Source: Candidatus Omnitrophota bacterium | GTDB lineage: Bacteria; Omnitrophota; Gorgyraeia; Duberdicusellales; 4484-171 | Assembly (NCBI GenBank): GCA_018823915.1 | Contig: JAHJHM010000127.1 | Span: 1 to 33,092, forward strand | DNA length: 33,092 nt | Reading direction: 5' to 3' | Part shown: one piece after another, positions 1 to 9,035 of the stretch | Layout: the number at the start of each line of letters is the position of its first letter | How positions within the stretch are numbered: the stretch's first letter is position 1 | The notes under the pieces: model-generated | Seen by the model: the letters and a program-made list of their open reading frames with translations, nothing else | What the model was told of the DNA's origin: nothing | Databases searched by the model: none | Translations under genes and position numbers: made by a program

Positions 1-52
1 ATGCAAAGGTAAGAGATATGAGTTTTGTGTGCAAGTGTTTAATTCTAACTTT

Positions 53-87
53 TACAATTTACAATTTGCAATTTGCATTTTGCACTG
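53..87. repeat. Heptamer tandem array, 5 units TACAATT/TGCAATT/TGCATTT/TGCACTG (TGCAAAA family, reverse orientation)
   Basis: Direct reading shows a strict 7-nt period from 53 to 87. It abuts a GAATATTCACTG box (87-98) whose inverted partner is at 126-136. Confidence 0.9.
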
Positions 88-162
88 AATATTCACTGGA
101 TATTCAAAAGAATTTGGACGGTGTTCAGTGAATATTTACCTGCAATATTATTAAATAATCGT

Positions 163-639
163 ATGGATATAAACATTATCGATTATTTGGATAAGGACAG
201 TGTCGTTCTGGGGATACCGCAGAAAAGCAAAAGGAATATTCTTTCCTTTTTTCTAGATCATCTTATTCAGAAGAAGAAGATAAATAAGAAAAATAAGAGT
301 GAGATTTTAAAAAGTATCTTCCAGAGAGAAGAAATGGGTTCTACCGCTATTGGAGGATGCGTTGCTTTCCCTCATGCTCGCTTGGGCTGTGTTAAAAAGA
401 TTGTGCTCTGCCTCGCGATTTCTCATCAAGGAGTCGACTTTGATTCGTTAGACGACGAAAAAGTAAATGTTATCATGCTTCTTATTTCTAATCAAAAAGA
501 GGCAGGTTTACATTTAAAGATGCTTGCTTTTTTAGCAAGGATCTTAAGAGATAAATCTTTTGTCCGGCAATTAAAAAATGTCAAGAGCCAAGAGGAAGCT
601 CTTGGCTTAATGAATAAACAGCAGCAGGCGGTTAGATGA
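163..639 (+). CDS. ptsN: PTS EIIA(Ntr)-type regulatory protein (EIIA-2 fold)
   Basis: ORF 73..639. The loop GGCVAFPHARL matches the EIIA-2 phosphorylatable-His motif. The family-like N-terminus starts at MDINIIDYL (ATG 163). The 30 upstream codons run through the repeat region and are probably untranslated. Confidence 0.85.
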   Translation: MDINIIDYLDKDSVVLGIPQKSKRNILSFFLDHLIQKKKINKKNKSEILKSIFQREEMGSTAIGGCVAFPHARLGCVKKIVLCLAISHQGVDFDSLDDEKVNVIMLLISNQKEAGLHLKMLAFLARILRDKSFVRQLKNVKSQEEALGLMNKQQQAVR

Positions 640-1892
640 AAAAGATTATAAAAATTATAAGGTGGTTTTATCCTGGCCTTAAGGTAAAAAGATGGATAAG
701 TCTTTTAGTAGCAGGAGTGCTTCTTATATTAGTATCGTCTTCTCATTTATCGCAAGATGGTCATCTTATATTAAGAACAGTTTATACAATTTTATTCGCT
801 GTCGGCATAGGGGCATTTATTGCCGGAACTACTTATCTTATAAAAAGTTTTTTTGAGGCTATTTATCCCCATAAAGGAAAAGGTCTAATAGATATAATTT
901 ACGAGAAAAGATTTTTAGCTAAGGGGCCTAAAATTGTCGCTATCGGGGGTGGAACCGGCCTTTCTACAATTTTAGAGGGATTGAAGGAGTATACTTCCAA
1001 CATTACCGCCATTGTTGCCGTTGCTGATGAAGGAGGTTCTTCTGGACGTTTGAGAGAAGAATTTGGTATTCTTCCCCCGGGAGATATAAGGAATTGTTTA
1101 GTTTCTTTAGCAGAGGCCCCGCAGCTTATGCGCGACTTATTTCAGTATCGATTTGTCGAAGGGGGAGGAATAAAGGGCCATAGCTTTGGAAATATTCTTA
1201 TTACCGCCTTAACCGCTGTTACCGGTAGTTTTAAAGACGCGGTAGAGGAATCCAGTAAAGTTTTAGCCATAAGAGGCAGGGTTGTTCCCTGTAGCCTGGA
1301 AAAGATACGTCTTAAGGCGCAATTTTGCGATGGTACGGTAAAAGAAGGAGAAGATAAAATTCCTGATGAAGGAAAGCCGATAGAGAAAGTATTTCTTATC
1401 CCTGGTAATGTCCATCCTAACCCTGAGGCAATAGAAGCAATAAAAGAGGCAGAAATGATAGTTTTTGGCCCGGGAAGTTTATTTACCAGCATTATCCCTA
1501 ATCTTTTAATTGCGCAGATAAGCGAAGAGATTGCCAAAAAAAACGTTATGAAGCTATATATTTGCAATGTTATGACACAATATGGAGAAACGGATGGATT
1601 TACTGCCGCTGATCATTTTGAGGCGCTTATTTCCAATGTTAAGAAAGACGTTATTAATTGCTGCTTAGTTAATTCCGGCCGTCTGGAGTATAAATTGCTC
1701 CCTAAATATGCTAAAGAAAATTCCTTTCCGGTAATTCTTGATCGCCAGAGATTGGAAAAAAGAAAAGTATTAGTTTTTGAAGCCGATGTAGTAAGTAAAA
1801 GTAATTATCTGCGCCATGATTTTAAGAAAGCAGCAAAAGAAATAATGAATATTTATAACTATGGCAAGAAAGTTTGTTTCGACAAACACTAA
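636..1892 (+). CDS. yvcK: YvcK/CofD-family protein (gluconeogenesis factor family) with about 95-aa N-terminal extension containing two hydrophobic helices
   Basis: IVAIGGGTGLSTILEGLK nucleotide-binding motif and PGDIRNCL motif typical of the UPF0052/YvcK family. ATGA overlap with the ptsN stop. Hydrophobic stretches WISLLVAGVLLILV and ILFAVGIGAFIAGTTYLI precede the domain. Confidence 0.85.
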   Translation: MKKIIKIIRWFYPGLKVKRWISLLVAGVLLILVSSSHLSQDGHLILRTVYTILFAVGIGAFIAGTTYLIKSFFEAIYPHKGKGLIDIIYEKRFLAKGPKIVAIGGGTGLSTILEGLKEYTSNITAIVAVADEGGSSGRLREEFGILPPGDIRNCLVSLAEAPQLMRDLFQYRFVEGGGIKGHSFGNILITALTAVTGSFKDAVEESSKVLAIRGRVVPCSLEKIRLKAQFCDGTVKEGEDKIPDEGKPIEKVFLIPGNVHPNPEAIEAIKEAEMIVFGPGSLFTSIIPNLLIAQISEEIAKKNVMKLYICNVMTQYGETDGFTAADHFEALISNVKKDVINCCLVNSGRLEYKLLPKYAKENSFPVILDRQRLEKRKVLVFEADVVSKSNYLRHDFKKAAKEIMNIYNYGKKVCFDKH

Positions 1893-1904
1893 TACCGCGG
1901 GAAG

Positions 1905-2171
1905 ATGACAAAGTATGCAGAAGAAGTTGTTGTAAATAATTCTTACGGCTTACATGCCCGGCCGGCAGCAATTTTTGTGCGGATGGCTAATAAGTTTAAT
2001 TCTCGGGTTATATTAGAAAAAGGTGGCGAGGCTGTTGACGGTAAATCAATAATTGCTATATTAAGTTTGGGAATAAATAAGGGAATGATGGTAAAAATAT
2101 CGGTAGAAGGTGTAGATGGGCATCAGGCTTTGGAGGAGTTAAAAAACTTTTTAGAGAGCGATAACGGTTGA
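1905..2171 (+). CDS. ptsH: Phosphocarrier protein HPr
   Basis: 88 aa. GLHARPAA active-site His motif and a DGKSI regulatory-Ser motif are both present. Confidence 0.93.
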   Translation: MTKYAEEVVVNNSYGLHARPAAIFVRMANKFNSRVILEKGGEAVDGKSIIAILSLGINKGMMVKISVEGVDGHQALEELKNFLESDNG

Positions 2172-2178
2172 GTAAAAG

Positions 2179-3936
2179 ATGATTAAATTAAAAGGTATTG
2201 CTGTTTCAGGGGGGATAGGAATAGGGAAAGCCTATTTATTGGGAAAAGAGGAACTCTCTATTCCCAAGAGAAAAATTTCTTACGCGGATATCTCCCGGGA
2301 AATCTATCGATTAGAAGAAGCCTTAATTGAGACACGTAGGGAAATATTAGCTTTGCAGAGGAAAATTCCTCAAGAGCCTGGTTTCGACCATGCTTTAGTT
2401 TTTGAAGCTCACCTTCTTGTCATAGAGGATAGAGTTTTAATTGAAGATGTTATTGGACAAATTAAAGAGAAAAAAATAAACGCGGAATACGCTTTCTCAC
2501 AAAGTGTAAAAAAATATATCGATGCCCTTCTTAAGTTAGATGATGAGTATCTGCGGGAAAGAGTGATAGATATTGAAGATGTTTCCCGCAGGGTATTAAA
2601 GAAGTTCCTCAAAGAAAAGACGGTAAGTTTAGGTGATTTAAAGGAAAAAGTAATTATTGTTGCCCACGACCTGTTTCCTTCCTGGACAGCAACCTTGCCT
2701 AAAGAAAAAGTTTTAGGCTTTATTACCGATATAGGAGGCAAGACCTCTCACACGGCGATTATCGCGCGCAATTTAGGAATTCCCGCTGTAGTTGGTATGC
2801 AAATAGCCACGGAAAATATAAAATCAGAAGATATGATTATTGTTGATGGTTCAGAGGGCTGCGTTTTAGTGCATCCCACAGAAAAAGTTTTAGAGGATTA
2901 TCAGAAAAAGCGCGCTAAATACACACAAGAAATAAAAGCTATCCCTGTTCCCAGGTTATTCAAGGCTTACACTAAAGATAAAAAAGAAGTAATTGTTTCT
3001 GCCAACATAGAACTCCCTGAAGAATTGCCTTTGGTTAAAGAATATAAGGCGGAAGGAGTGGGCCTTTATCGTACAGAATATATATTCTTGGGAAGAGGAG
3101 ATTTACCAAGCGAAGAAGAGCAATATAAAGCATATCTTAATGTGGCAAAGAAAGTAAAGCCTTATTCGGTAATTGTCAGAACAATTGATATCGGAGGAGA
3201 TAAGTTTCTCACTCAACCCCAAGTGCCTAAAGAAATAAGCCCTTTTTTAGGCTGGCGGGCAATTAGATTTTGTTTAGCTCATCCCGAGATATTTAAAATA
3301 CAACTGCGGGCAATTTTAAGAGCGTCTTCCTGGGGGAATGTAAAGATGATGTTCCCGATGATTTCGGGGATAGAGGAGTTGAGGCAGTCCAGGAAACTTT
3401 TAGAAGAATGCAAAAAAGAATTAAAAAAAGAGGGTAAACATTTTGATGAAAATATTTCTCTTGGGACAATGATAGAGGTTCCGTCCGCCGCCTTAACTGC
3501 TGACGTCCTCGCTCGAGAAAGCGATTTTTTTAGTATTGGGACAAATGATTTAATTCAGTATTCTTTAGCTGTAGATAGAGCCAACGAGAAGGTAGCGTAT
3601 CTTTATGAACCGGGACATCCGGCAGTTTTAAAACTAATAAAAAGCGTTATTGATATTGCTCATGAGAATAATATTTGGGTGGGGCTGTGCGGGGAGATGG
3701 CAGGAGAGCTTCTTTTTGCTTTTTTACTTTTAGGATTAGAACTTGATGAATTTAGTATGTCTCCTCCTCAGGTTCCCAAGGTAAAGGAATTGATGAGGAG
3801 TGTGAGTTTTAAGGAGGCTAAGGCGATAGCACAAAAGGCAATGAAGCTTAATACTGCCGGCGAAGTAGAAAGATGTTTGCAAGAAGAGTTAAAGAGAATT
3901 TTGGGGGATGATTTTGATCGACTTCTGCTAGCGTGA
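2179..3936 (+). CDS. ptsI: Phosphoenolpyruvate-protein phosphotransferase (PTS Enzyme I)
   Basis: 585 aa. GGKTSHTAIIARNLGIPAVVG phospho-His motif and a C-terminal PEP-utilising TIM-barrel motif (GTNDLIQY). Confidence 0.95.
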   Translation: MIKLKGIAVSGGIGIGKAYLLGKEELSIPKRKISYADISREIYRLEEALIETRREILALQRKIPQEPGFDHALVFEAHLLVIEDRVLIEDVIGQIKEKKINAEYAFSQSVKKYIDALLKLDDEYLRERVIDIEDVSRRVLKKFLKEKTVSLGDLKEKVIIVAHDLFPSWTATLPKEKVLGFITDIGGKTSHTAIIARNLGIPAVVGMQIATENIKSEDMIIVDGSEGCVLVHPTEKVLEDYQKKRAKYTQEIKAIPVPRLFKAYTKDKKEVIVSANIELPEELPLVKEYKAEGVGLYRTEYIFLGRGDLPSEEEQYKAYLNVAKKVKPYSVIVRTIDIGGDKFLTQPQVPKEISPFLGWRAIRFCLAHPEIFKIQLRAILRASSWGNVKMMFPMISGIEELRQSRKLLEECKKELKKEGKHFDENISLGTMIEVPSAALTADVLARESDFFSIGTNDLIQYSLAVDRANEKVAYLYEPGHPAVLKLIKSVIDIAHENNIWVGLCGEMAGELLFAFLLLGLELDEFSMSPPQVPKVKELMRSVSFKEAKAIAQKAMKLNTAGEVERCLQEELKRILGDDFDRLLLA

Positions 3937-3947
3937 AAAGCGAAGCC

Positions 3948-4679
3948 ATGAGAGTGATAATTCTCGCTGCTGGTTATGGAACAAGATTGTATCCCTTAAC
4001 TCATAGTCTGCCTAAGCCCCTCATTTCCATCAACAACAAACCAATAATAAACTTTTTAATAGAAAAAATAGATAAGTTAAGCAAACAATTTCGCATAAAA
4101 GAAGTGAGAATTGTTTCTAATAATAAGTTTTATAAGGATTTTTTAAATTGGAAAAGGAAATACAAAATGAAGGTAGATATCATTAATAATGGCTCAAATA
4201 CCCCCGCTGATAGACTGGGAGCAACGAGAGATGTTAAGTTTGCTATGGGCAATAAAAAGGGAGATTGGTTAGTGTTGGGTGGAGATAATTTATTTCAAGA
4301 TAATCTATCGAAGTTTATTGAATTTGCCAATAAAAAAAAACCTTATCCTTGTGTGGGGCTTTATGATGTTAGATACAAAAAAGCAGCCATGCAGTTTGGG
4401 GTAGCGAAAATAAACCGTATAAAGAGAGTGGTAGACTTAGAAGAGAAGCCTAAAAAACCATTTTCTTCTTTAACAGCAACCTGCATTTATTTTTTCCCCC
4501 AACGTTCGCTGAAGTTTTTAGATTCATTTCTTTGTGGAGAAATGAATACGGATCTTTTAGGAAAGTATATAGCGTGGTTAGCTAAGCAAACAAAAGTCTT
4601 TGGGTATATGCTGGGTGGGAAATGGATGGATATCGGCCATTACGATTCTTTAAAATTGGCAGAGGAGGAGTTTAAATGA
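3948..4679 (+). CDS. Sugar-phosphate nucleotidyltransferase (NTP_transferase family)
   Basis: N-terminal ILAAGYGTRLYPLT signature. ATG 3948 gives the canonical family N-terminus. The track start at 3933 is a GTG overlapping the ptsI stop. Confidence 0.8.
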   Translation: MRVIILAAGYGTRLYPLTHSLPKPLISINNKPIINFLIEKIDKLSKQFRIKEVRIVSNNKFYKDFLNWKRKYKMKVDIINNGSNTPADRLGATRDVKFAMGNKKGDWLVLGGDNLFQDNLSKFIEFANKKKPYPCVGLYDVRYKKAAMQFGVAKINRIKRVVDLEEKPKKPFSSLTATCIYFFPQRSLKFLDSFLCGEMNTDLLGKYIAWLAKQTKVFGYMLGGKWMDIGHYDSLKLAEEEFK

Positions 4680-5746
4680 AATTAAAAAGCTTAAGGGATA
4701 AAATAGATAGAATAGATGAAAAAATTCTCAAACTTCTTAACCAAAGAGCAGGGGAGGCCATAAAGGTTAGTGAGGTAAAAGAAAAAAGCAGCTCAAGAAT
4801 TTATTCTCCCGCAAGAGAGGCAAATATTTTAAATCAGCTTAAAAAAATGAATAAAGGCCCCTTGACTACCGAAGACACTGAAATGGTTTTTGGAGAAATA
4901 TTATCTGTATGCCGTTCTCAGAAGACAGTTTTAAGGGCAGCTTATTTAGGCCCGCAAGGGACGTTTACTCATTTAGCGGCAATAAAAAAGTTTGGAAAGA
5001 AATCAGAATATATCCCTAGCGAAAGCATTGGCGAGGTGTTTGAAAGAGTAGAAAAAGGAGAAGTTGATTACGGAGTGGTCCCTATAGAGAATTCTATTGA
5101 AGGGGTGGTTAATTATACCTTAGATATGTTTTTCGTATCAACGCTTAAGATATGCGCAGAGGTAACTTTAAACGTTTCTCATTCTCTCTTAGGCACTTCT
5201 CTTAAATTCGCGAAGTCTAAGATAAAAAAGATATACTCCAATCCTCAAGTCTTCGCTCAGTGCCGGAAGTGGATTTCCCGTAACATGCCTGATATAGAGT
5301 TAATTCCTGTTTCTTCTACTGCTTACGCGGCGCAAGCCGTAAAGAAAGATAGCGAAGCCGCTTGTATCGGAAATAAAATTCTCACCAACCTTTACGGGCT
5401 TAAAATTATTGCCACGCCATTGCAAGATTCCCCGCACAACTTTACCCGGTTTTTAATTATTGCTAAAAATGACAGCCTTCCTTCAGGGAGAGATAAAACT
5501 TCCATTCTATTCTCGATAAAGGATAAAGTAGGCGCTTTATGCAATGTGCTTACTTCGTTTGAAAAATATCGAATATCACTCACTAAGATAGAGTCGCGCC
5601 CTTCTAAGAGAAAACCCTGGGAATACTATTTTTTCGTGGATTTCACCGGACATAGAAATCTTACTCGAGTGCAAAAAGTGTTAAAAGAACTAAAAAAGGG
5701 GTGCCTTTTTGTGAAAATTCTTGGTTCTTACCCTACGGAAAGCTAA
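4676..5746 (+). CDS. pheA: Bifunctional chorismate mutase / prephenate dehydratase (P-protein)
   Basis: N-terminal CM_2 helix (LRDKIDRIDEKILKLLNQRA), a PDT domain (YLGPQGTFTH) and a C-terminal ACT domain (ESRPS motif). ATGA overlap with the upstream gene. Confidence 0.93.
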   Translation: MKLKSLRDKIDRIDEKILKLLNQRAGEAIKVSEVKEKSSSRIYSPAREANILNQLKKMNKGPLTTEDTEMVFGEILSVCRSQKTVLRAAYLGPQGTFTHLAAIKKFGKKSEYIPSESIGEVFERVEKGEVDYGVVPIENSIEGVVNYTLDMFFVSTLKICAEVTLNVSHSLLGTSLKFAKSKIKKIYSNPQVFAQCRKWISRNMPDIELIPVSSTAYAAQAVKKDSEAACIGNKILTNLYGLKIIATPLQDSPHNFTRFLIIAKNDSLPSGRDKTSILFSIKDKVGALCNVLTSFEKYRISLTKIESRPSKRKPWEYYFFVDFTGHRNLTRVQKVLKELKKGCLFVKILGSYPTES

Positions 5747-5750
5747 TAAA

Positions 5751-5841
5751 CACGAATATACACGAATTACGTACGAATGTACACGAATAAAAATTTGTGT
5801 TGATTTGTGTGAGTTTTAAGGTGGATTAGTGCTGATTCGTG
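5751..5841. repeat. Phased repeat block: 4 x (C)ACGAAT at 10-11 nt spacing followed by inverted ATTTGTG/ATTAGTG/ATTCGTG copies; folds as a long imperfect hairpin
   Basis: ACGAAT at 5752, 5762, 5773, 5783. ATTTGTG at 5793 and 5803. ATTAGTG at 5825. ATTCGTG at 5835. Pairing 5773-5788 with 5793-5810 uses G-U wobbles and is followed by GTTTT, so this may be the pheA terminator. Confidence 0.8.
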
Positions 5842-5849
5842 GAGCAAAA

Positions 5850-6989
5850 ATGAGATTTATAAAAGAACTAAAGAATCTAAAAGTTTATAAACCGGGTAAA
5901 CCAATTGAAGAAGTTAAGGGATCTTTAGGTTTGGAAACGGTATACAAGCTTGCCTCCAATGAAATTCCTTTCCCTCCTTTGTATATCCGTAAAAGTATCC
6001 AGGCAGAATTAGAGAATATTAATCGTTACCCCCAAGGAAGTTGTCATTATTTAAGAAAATTTTTAGCTAAAAAATTTAGAATCAATGAGAGCCAAATTGT
6101 TTTTGGTAATGGCTCGGATGAAATAATTGTGCTTACCTTGCGAGCCCTAATAGAAAAAGGCGATGAGGTTATAGTTGCTTATCCTACATTTTTAATTTAT
6201 GAAATTCAGGCAGCGATTTCCGGAGCGAAAGTGGTAAGGGTTCCTTTAAAAGAGTTTCATTATGATTTGCCAGAGCTGGCGAAAAAAGTAAACAGAAAGA
6301 CGAAAATCATTTTCATTGCTAATCCGGATAATCCCACAGGAACTTATTGTAACCATAAAGAAATAAGTAATTTTCTTAAATTAATACCCAAAAGCGTATT
6401 GGTTTATTTTGATGAGGCTTATTTTGAGTTTGCCCCTGGAGATTTCCCAAAAACAGAGCAATTTTTAAGGATGAGAGATAATGTTATTTTTACCCGAACA
6501 TTCTCTAAGGCTTATGCCTTGGCAGGCTTGCGAATTGGTTATGGAATCACAACACTTAAAATCGCTGCTGCCTTAAATAAAGTCAGAGAACCGTTTAATA
6601 TAAATAGATTTGCTCAAGTAGCTGGTGTTTGCGCTTTAGAAAATAAAGGTTTTTTAAAAAAGGTGATACCTTACATTGAGAGAGAAAAAAAGTATCTCTA
6701 TGGTGGTTTAAGTGGTTTAGGAGTTTTTTTTGTAGAAAGCGCCGCTAATTTTATCCTTATTGATCTTAAAAAAGATACAAAAAGTCTTTATAATTACCTT
6801 TTAAAGAAAGGGGTTATCGTACGGGAATTAAGAGGCTGGGGGTTGAAGAATTTTTTTCGAGTGACTATTGGATTGCATAAGGAAAATAAGAAATTCATAG
6901 GATGCCTTAGGGGCTATCTACAAAAAAGTAATAAGTGCGGTCGTAGTATAGTTGAATTTAAACATTGTCCCTCGCGCCTGAATATCTGA
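5850..6989 (+). CDS. hisC: Histidinol-phosphate/aromatic aminotransferase (class II PLP aminotransferase)
   Basis: YPDP-like region (NPDNPTG) and the SFSKAYALAGLRIGY PLP-lysine motif. ATG 5850 is preferred over GTG 5829. The last approx 20 codons (KSNKCGRSIVEFKHCPSRLNI) read into repeat sequence; see findings. Confidence 0.88.
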   Translation: MRFIKELKNLKVYKPGKPIEEVKGSLGLETVYKLASNEIPFPPLYIRKSIQAELENINRYPQGSCHYLRKFLAKKFRINESQIVFGNGSDEIIVLTLRALIEKGDEVIVAYPTFLIYEIQAAISGAKVVRVPLKEFHYDLPELAKKVNRKTKIIFIANPDNPTGTYCNHKEISNFLKLIPKSVLVYFDEAYFEFAPGDFPKTEQFLRMRDNVIFTRTFSKAYALAGLRIGYGITTLKIAAALNKVREPFNINRFAQVAGVCALENKGFLKKVIPYIEREKKYLYGGLSGLGVFFVESAANFILIDLKKDTKSLYNYLLKKGVIVRELRGWGLKNFFRVTIGLHKENKKFIGCLRGYLQKSNKCGRSIVEFKHCPSRLNI

Positions 6990-7033
6990 AAAATCTCTTG
7001 CGACATTTTTCAGAAGCGCTTCGGGATCAATTC
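6964..7033 (+). repeat. 70-nt structured dispersed repeat, copy A
   Basis: 67 of 70 positions are identical to 12212-12281. Internal perfect 9-bp stem CTGAAAAAT/ATTTTTCAG with a 10-nt loop, and an outer CCC..GCGC/GCGC..GGG stem. The hisC stop codon (6987-6989) lies inside it. Confidence 0.9.
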
Positions 7034-7078
7034 GCAGACGGGCTTCGCCCTACGATTTATGTCGCATAAATCGTCTGC
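7034..7078 (+). other. Compound hairpin in the DAHP synthase 5' leader
   Basis: GCAGACG (7034-7040) pairs with CGTCTGC (7072-7078). Inner stem ATTTATG (7055-7061) pairs with CATAAAT (7065-7071). A GGGC-TTC-GCCC mini-hairpin lies at 7040-7050. The SD follows 6 nt later. Confidence 0.6.
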
Positions 7079-7096
7079 TCATTGAGGAGGTACAAA

Positions 7097-8113
7097 ATGA
7101 TTATTGTATTTAAAAAAAGTGCCAGTCAGAATGAAATAGACCGCGTTATTAAAAGAGTAGAAAAGCTGGGTTTGAAAGCAATGATTTCTCAAGGGATCGA
7201 AAGAACTATTATTGGGGTTATTGGGCCTGAGGATATTATAAGGCTGCAGCCGTTAGAGGTTTTTCCTGGAGTAGAGAAGGTGATGACTGTCCTTGCTCCT
7301 TATAAGTTAGTATCCCGTGAGTTCAAAAAAGAAGATAGTGTTATAAAAATAAAGGATGAAGTAGCAATTGGTTCTAAAAAAATAATAGTTATAGCCGGGC
7401 CTTGTTCTGTGGAAACTAAAGAACAATTAAGGCAGACGGCAGCAAAAGTTAGAGAGGCGGGAGTATTAATTTTGAGAGGAGGAGCATTTAAACCGCGCAC
7501 TTCTCCTTATGCTTTTCAAGGATTGGGAGAAGAGGGATTAAAAATCTTAAAAGATGTATCTGATGAGTTTGGTGTTCAAACAGTTACTGAAGTTATGGAT
7601 ACAAGAGATGTGGAGCTAGTGGCAAAATATGCCGATATTTTGCAGATTGGGGCTAGGAATATGCAGAATTTTAATCTTCTAAAAGAAATAGGCCAAACGA
7701 GAAAACCGGTTATTTTAAAAAGGGGATTGAGCGCTACGATAAAAGAATTGTTGATGAGTGCGGAGTATATCCTCTCAGGAGGAAATTTCAATGTAATTTT
7801 ATGCGAGCGGGGGATAAGAACATTCGAAGACTTTACCCGCAATACGCTTGATTTAAGTGCTGTTCCTGCCATAAAGGGGCTTTCCCACTTGCCGGTTATT
7901 GTTGATCCTTCTCATGCCACCGGAATGCGGAGTTTGATTTCTCCTTTAAGCAGGGCAGCGGTTGCCTGTGGAGCAGACGGACTTTTAATTGAGGTTCACC
8001 CTAGTCCAGAGGAAGCGTTGAGCGACGGATCTCAACAGTTACTTCCTGAGCAATTTGCGGCTCTTATGGAAGAATTAAAAAAAGTCGCTCTGGCAGTAGA
8101 TAGGGAAATATGA
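7097..8113 (+). CDS. aroF: 3-deoxy-7-phosphoheptulonate (DAHP) synthase, type I-beta with N-terminal ferredoxin-like regulatory domain
   Basis: IAGPCSVE and [13 protein letters not shown] motifs. GAGGAGG SD at 7084-7090 precedes ATG 7097. The track start 7082 is a TTG inside the SD. Confidence 0.9.
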   Translation: MIIVFKKSASQNEIDRVIKRVEKLGLKAMISQGIERTIIGVIGPEDIIRLQPLEVFPGVEKVMTVLAPYKLVSREFKKEDSVIKIKDEVAIGSKKIIVIAGPCSVETKEQLRQTAAKVREAGVLILRGGAFKPRTSPYAFQGLGEEGLKILKDVSDEFGVQTVTEVMDTRDVELVAKYADILQIGARNMQNFNLLKEIGQTRKPVILKRGLSATIKELLMSAEYILSGGNFNVILCERGIRTFEDFTRNTLDLSAVPAIKGLSHLPVIVDPSHATGMRSLISPLSRAAVACGADGLLIEVHPSPEEALSDGSQQLLPEQFAALMEELKKVALAVDREI

Positions 8114-8117
8114 TAAG

Positions 8118-8152
8118 AAAATGCAAAATGCAAAATGCAAAATGCAAAATTG
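8118..8152. repeat. Heptamer tandem array, AAAATGC x4 + AAAATTG
   Basis: Four perfect units plus one variant, starting 5 nt after the DAHP synthase stop. Confidence 0.95.
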
Positions 8153-8180
8153 GAGAATCAGAGAAAGCTAAAAGAGAGAA

Positions 8181-9035
8181 ATGAAAAACGAAGAATTAAA
8201 AATAAGAAAGGTGGGAATAATCGGTGTGGGGTTTATGGGCGGTTCTTTAGCCTTAAGCTTAAAAGAAAAGTTTCCTCAAATTTTTGTTTGTGGTTATGCC
8301 AGGAGTAAGAAGTCTTACGATAAGCTGCAAAAATTAAATATTTTAGATAGAGTAGAGAGAGATTTAAAAAAAGTTGTGGAGGATGCTGATTTTGTGGCCA
8401 TAGCTTTGCCCATATACGCTATCATTGATTATTTTAAAAAAATATCTCCTTTTTTAAAAAAGGGAGCAATTGTTTTTGATTTAGGAAGCAGCAAGGAATC
8501 AATAGAGAAAAACGCGCGTAGTTTACCGAAAAATGTTAGCTTTGTGGGCTGTCATCCTTTGTGCGGGAGTGAAAAAACAGGGGCGGAATTTAGTCGCAGC
8601 CAGCTTTATAAGGAGGCGCTCTGCTTGATTACTTCTTCTTCTACTGCCCCGGCAGCTAAAATTGTAAAAAATTTATGGGAAAAACTGGGTTCTAAAGTAG
8701 TTTTTCTTCCCCCTTCTCTTCATGATAAGATTCTTTCTTCGGTTTCTCACCTTCCTCATATTATTTCTTTTTCTCTTGCTTTTTTGATCCCCAAAGATTA
8801 TGTAAAGTTTTCTTCTTCCAGTTTGAAGGATATAACCAGAGTAGCGAGTTCTCCTCCTTTTATTTGGGCAGAGATTTTCCTTTCCAATAAAAAGAATATT
8901 TTAAGCGATATAGCCGGATTTATAAAAGTTCTAAAGAGTTTTCAGAAAGTTATAAAAGAAGAAGATAAGAAAAAGATTGTCAGTCTAATTGAGAAAATAA
9001 ACATTAAACAGAAACTCTTGAATGGTAAAGGATGA
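8181..9035 (+). CDS. tyrA: Prephenate dehydrogenase
   Basis: Rossmann motif IGVGFMGGSLALSLK and a CHPLCGSE active-site region. Confidence 0.88.
   Translation: MKNEELKIRKVGIIGVGFMGGSLALSLKEKFPQIFVCGYARSKKSYDKLQKLNILDRVERDLKKVVEDADFVAIALPIYAIIDYFKKISPFLKKGAIVFDLGSSKESIEKNARSLPKNVSFVGCHPLCGSEKTGAEFSRSQLYKEALCLITSSSTAPAAKIVKNLWEKLGSKVVFLPPSLHDKILSSVSHLPHIISFSLAFLIPKDYVKFSSSSLKDITRVASSPPFIWAEIFLSNKKNILSDIAGFIKVLKSFQKVIKEEDKKKIVSLIEKINIKQKLLNGKG

Noticed and set aside
73-162. N-terminal extensions offered by the ORF track. The pairs (track start vs preferred start) are 73 vs 163 ptsN, 3933 vs 3948, 5829 vs 5850, 7082 vs 7097, 13903 vs 13918, 19596 vs 19629 and 27495 vs 27543.
   Set aside because: In each case the downstream ATG gives the family-typical N-terminus. 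For 7097 and 13918 it also sits the right distance behind a GGAGG SD. The upstream starts are TTG or GTG, or lie in repeats or SD sequences.
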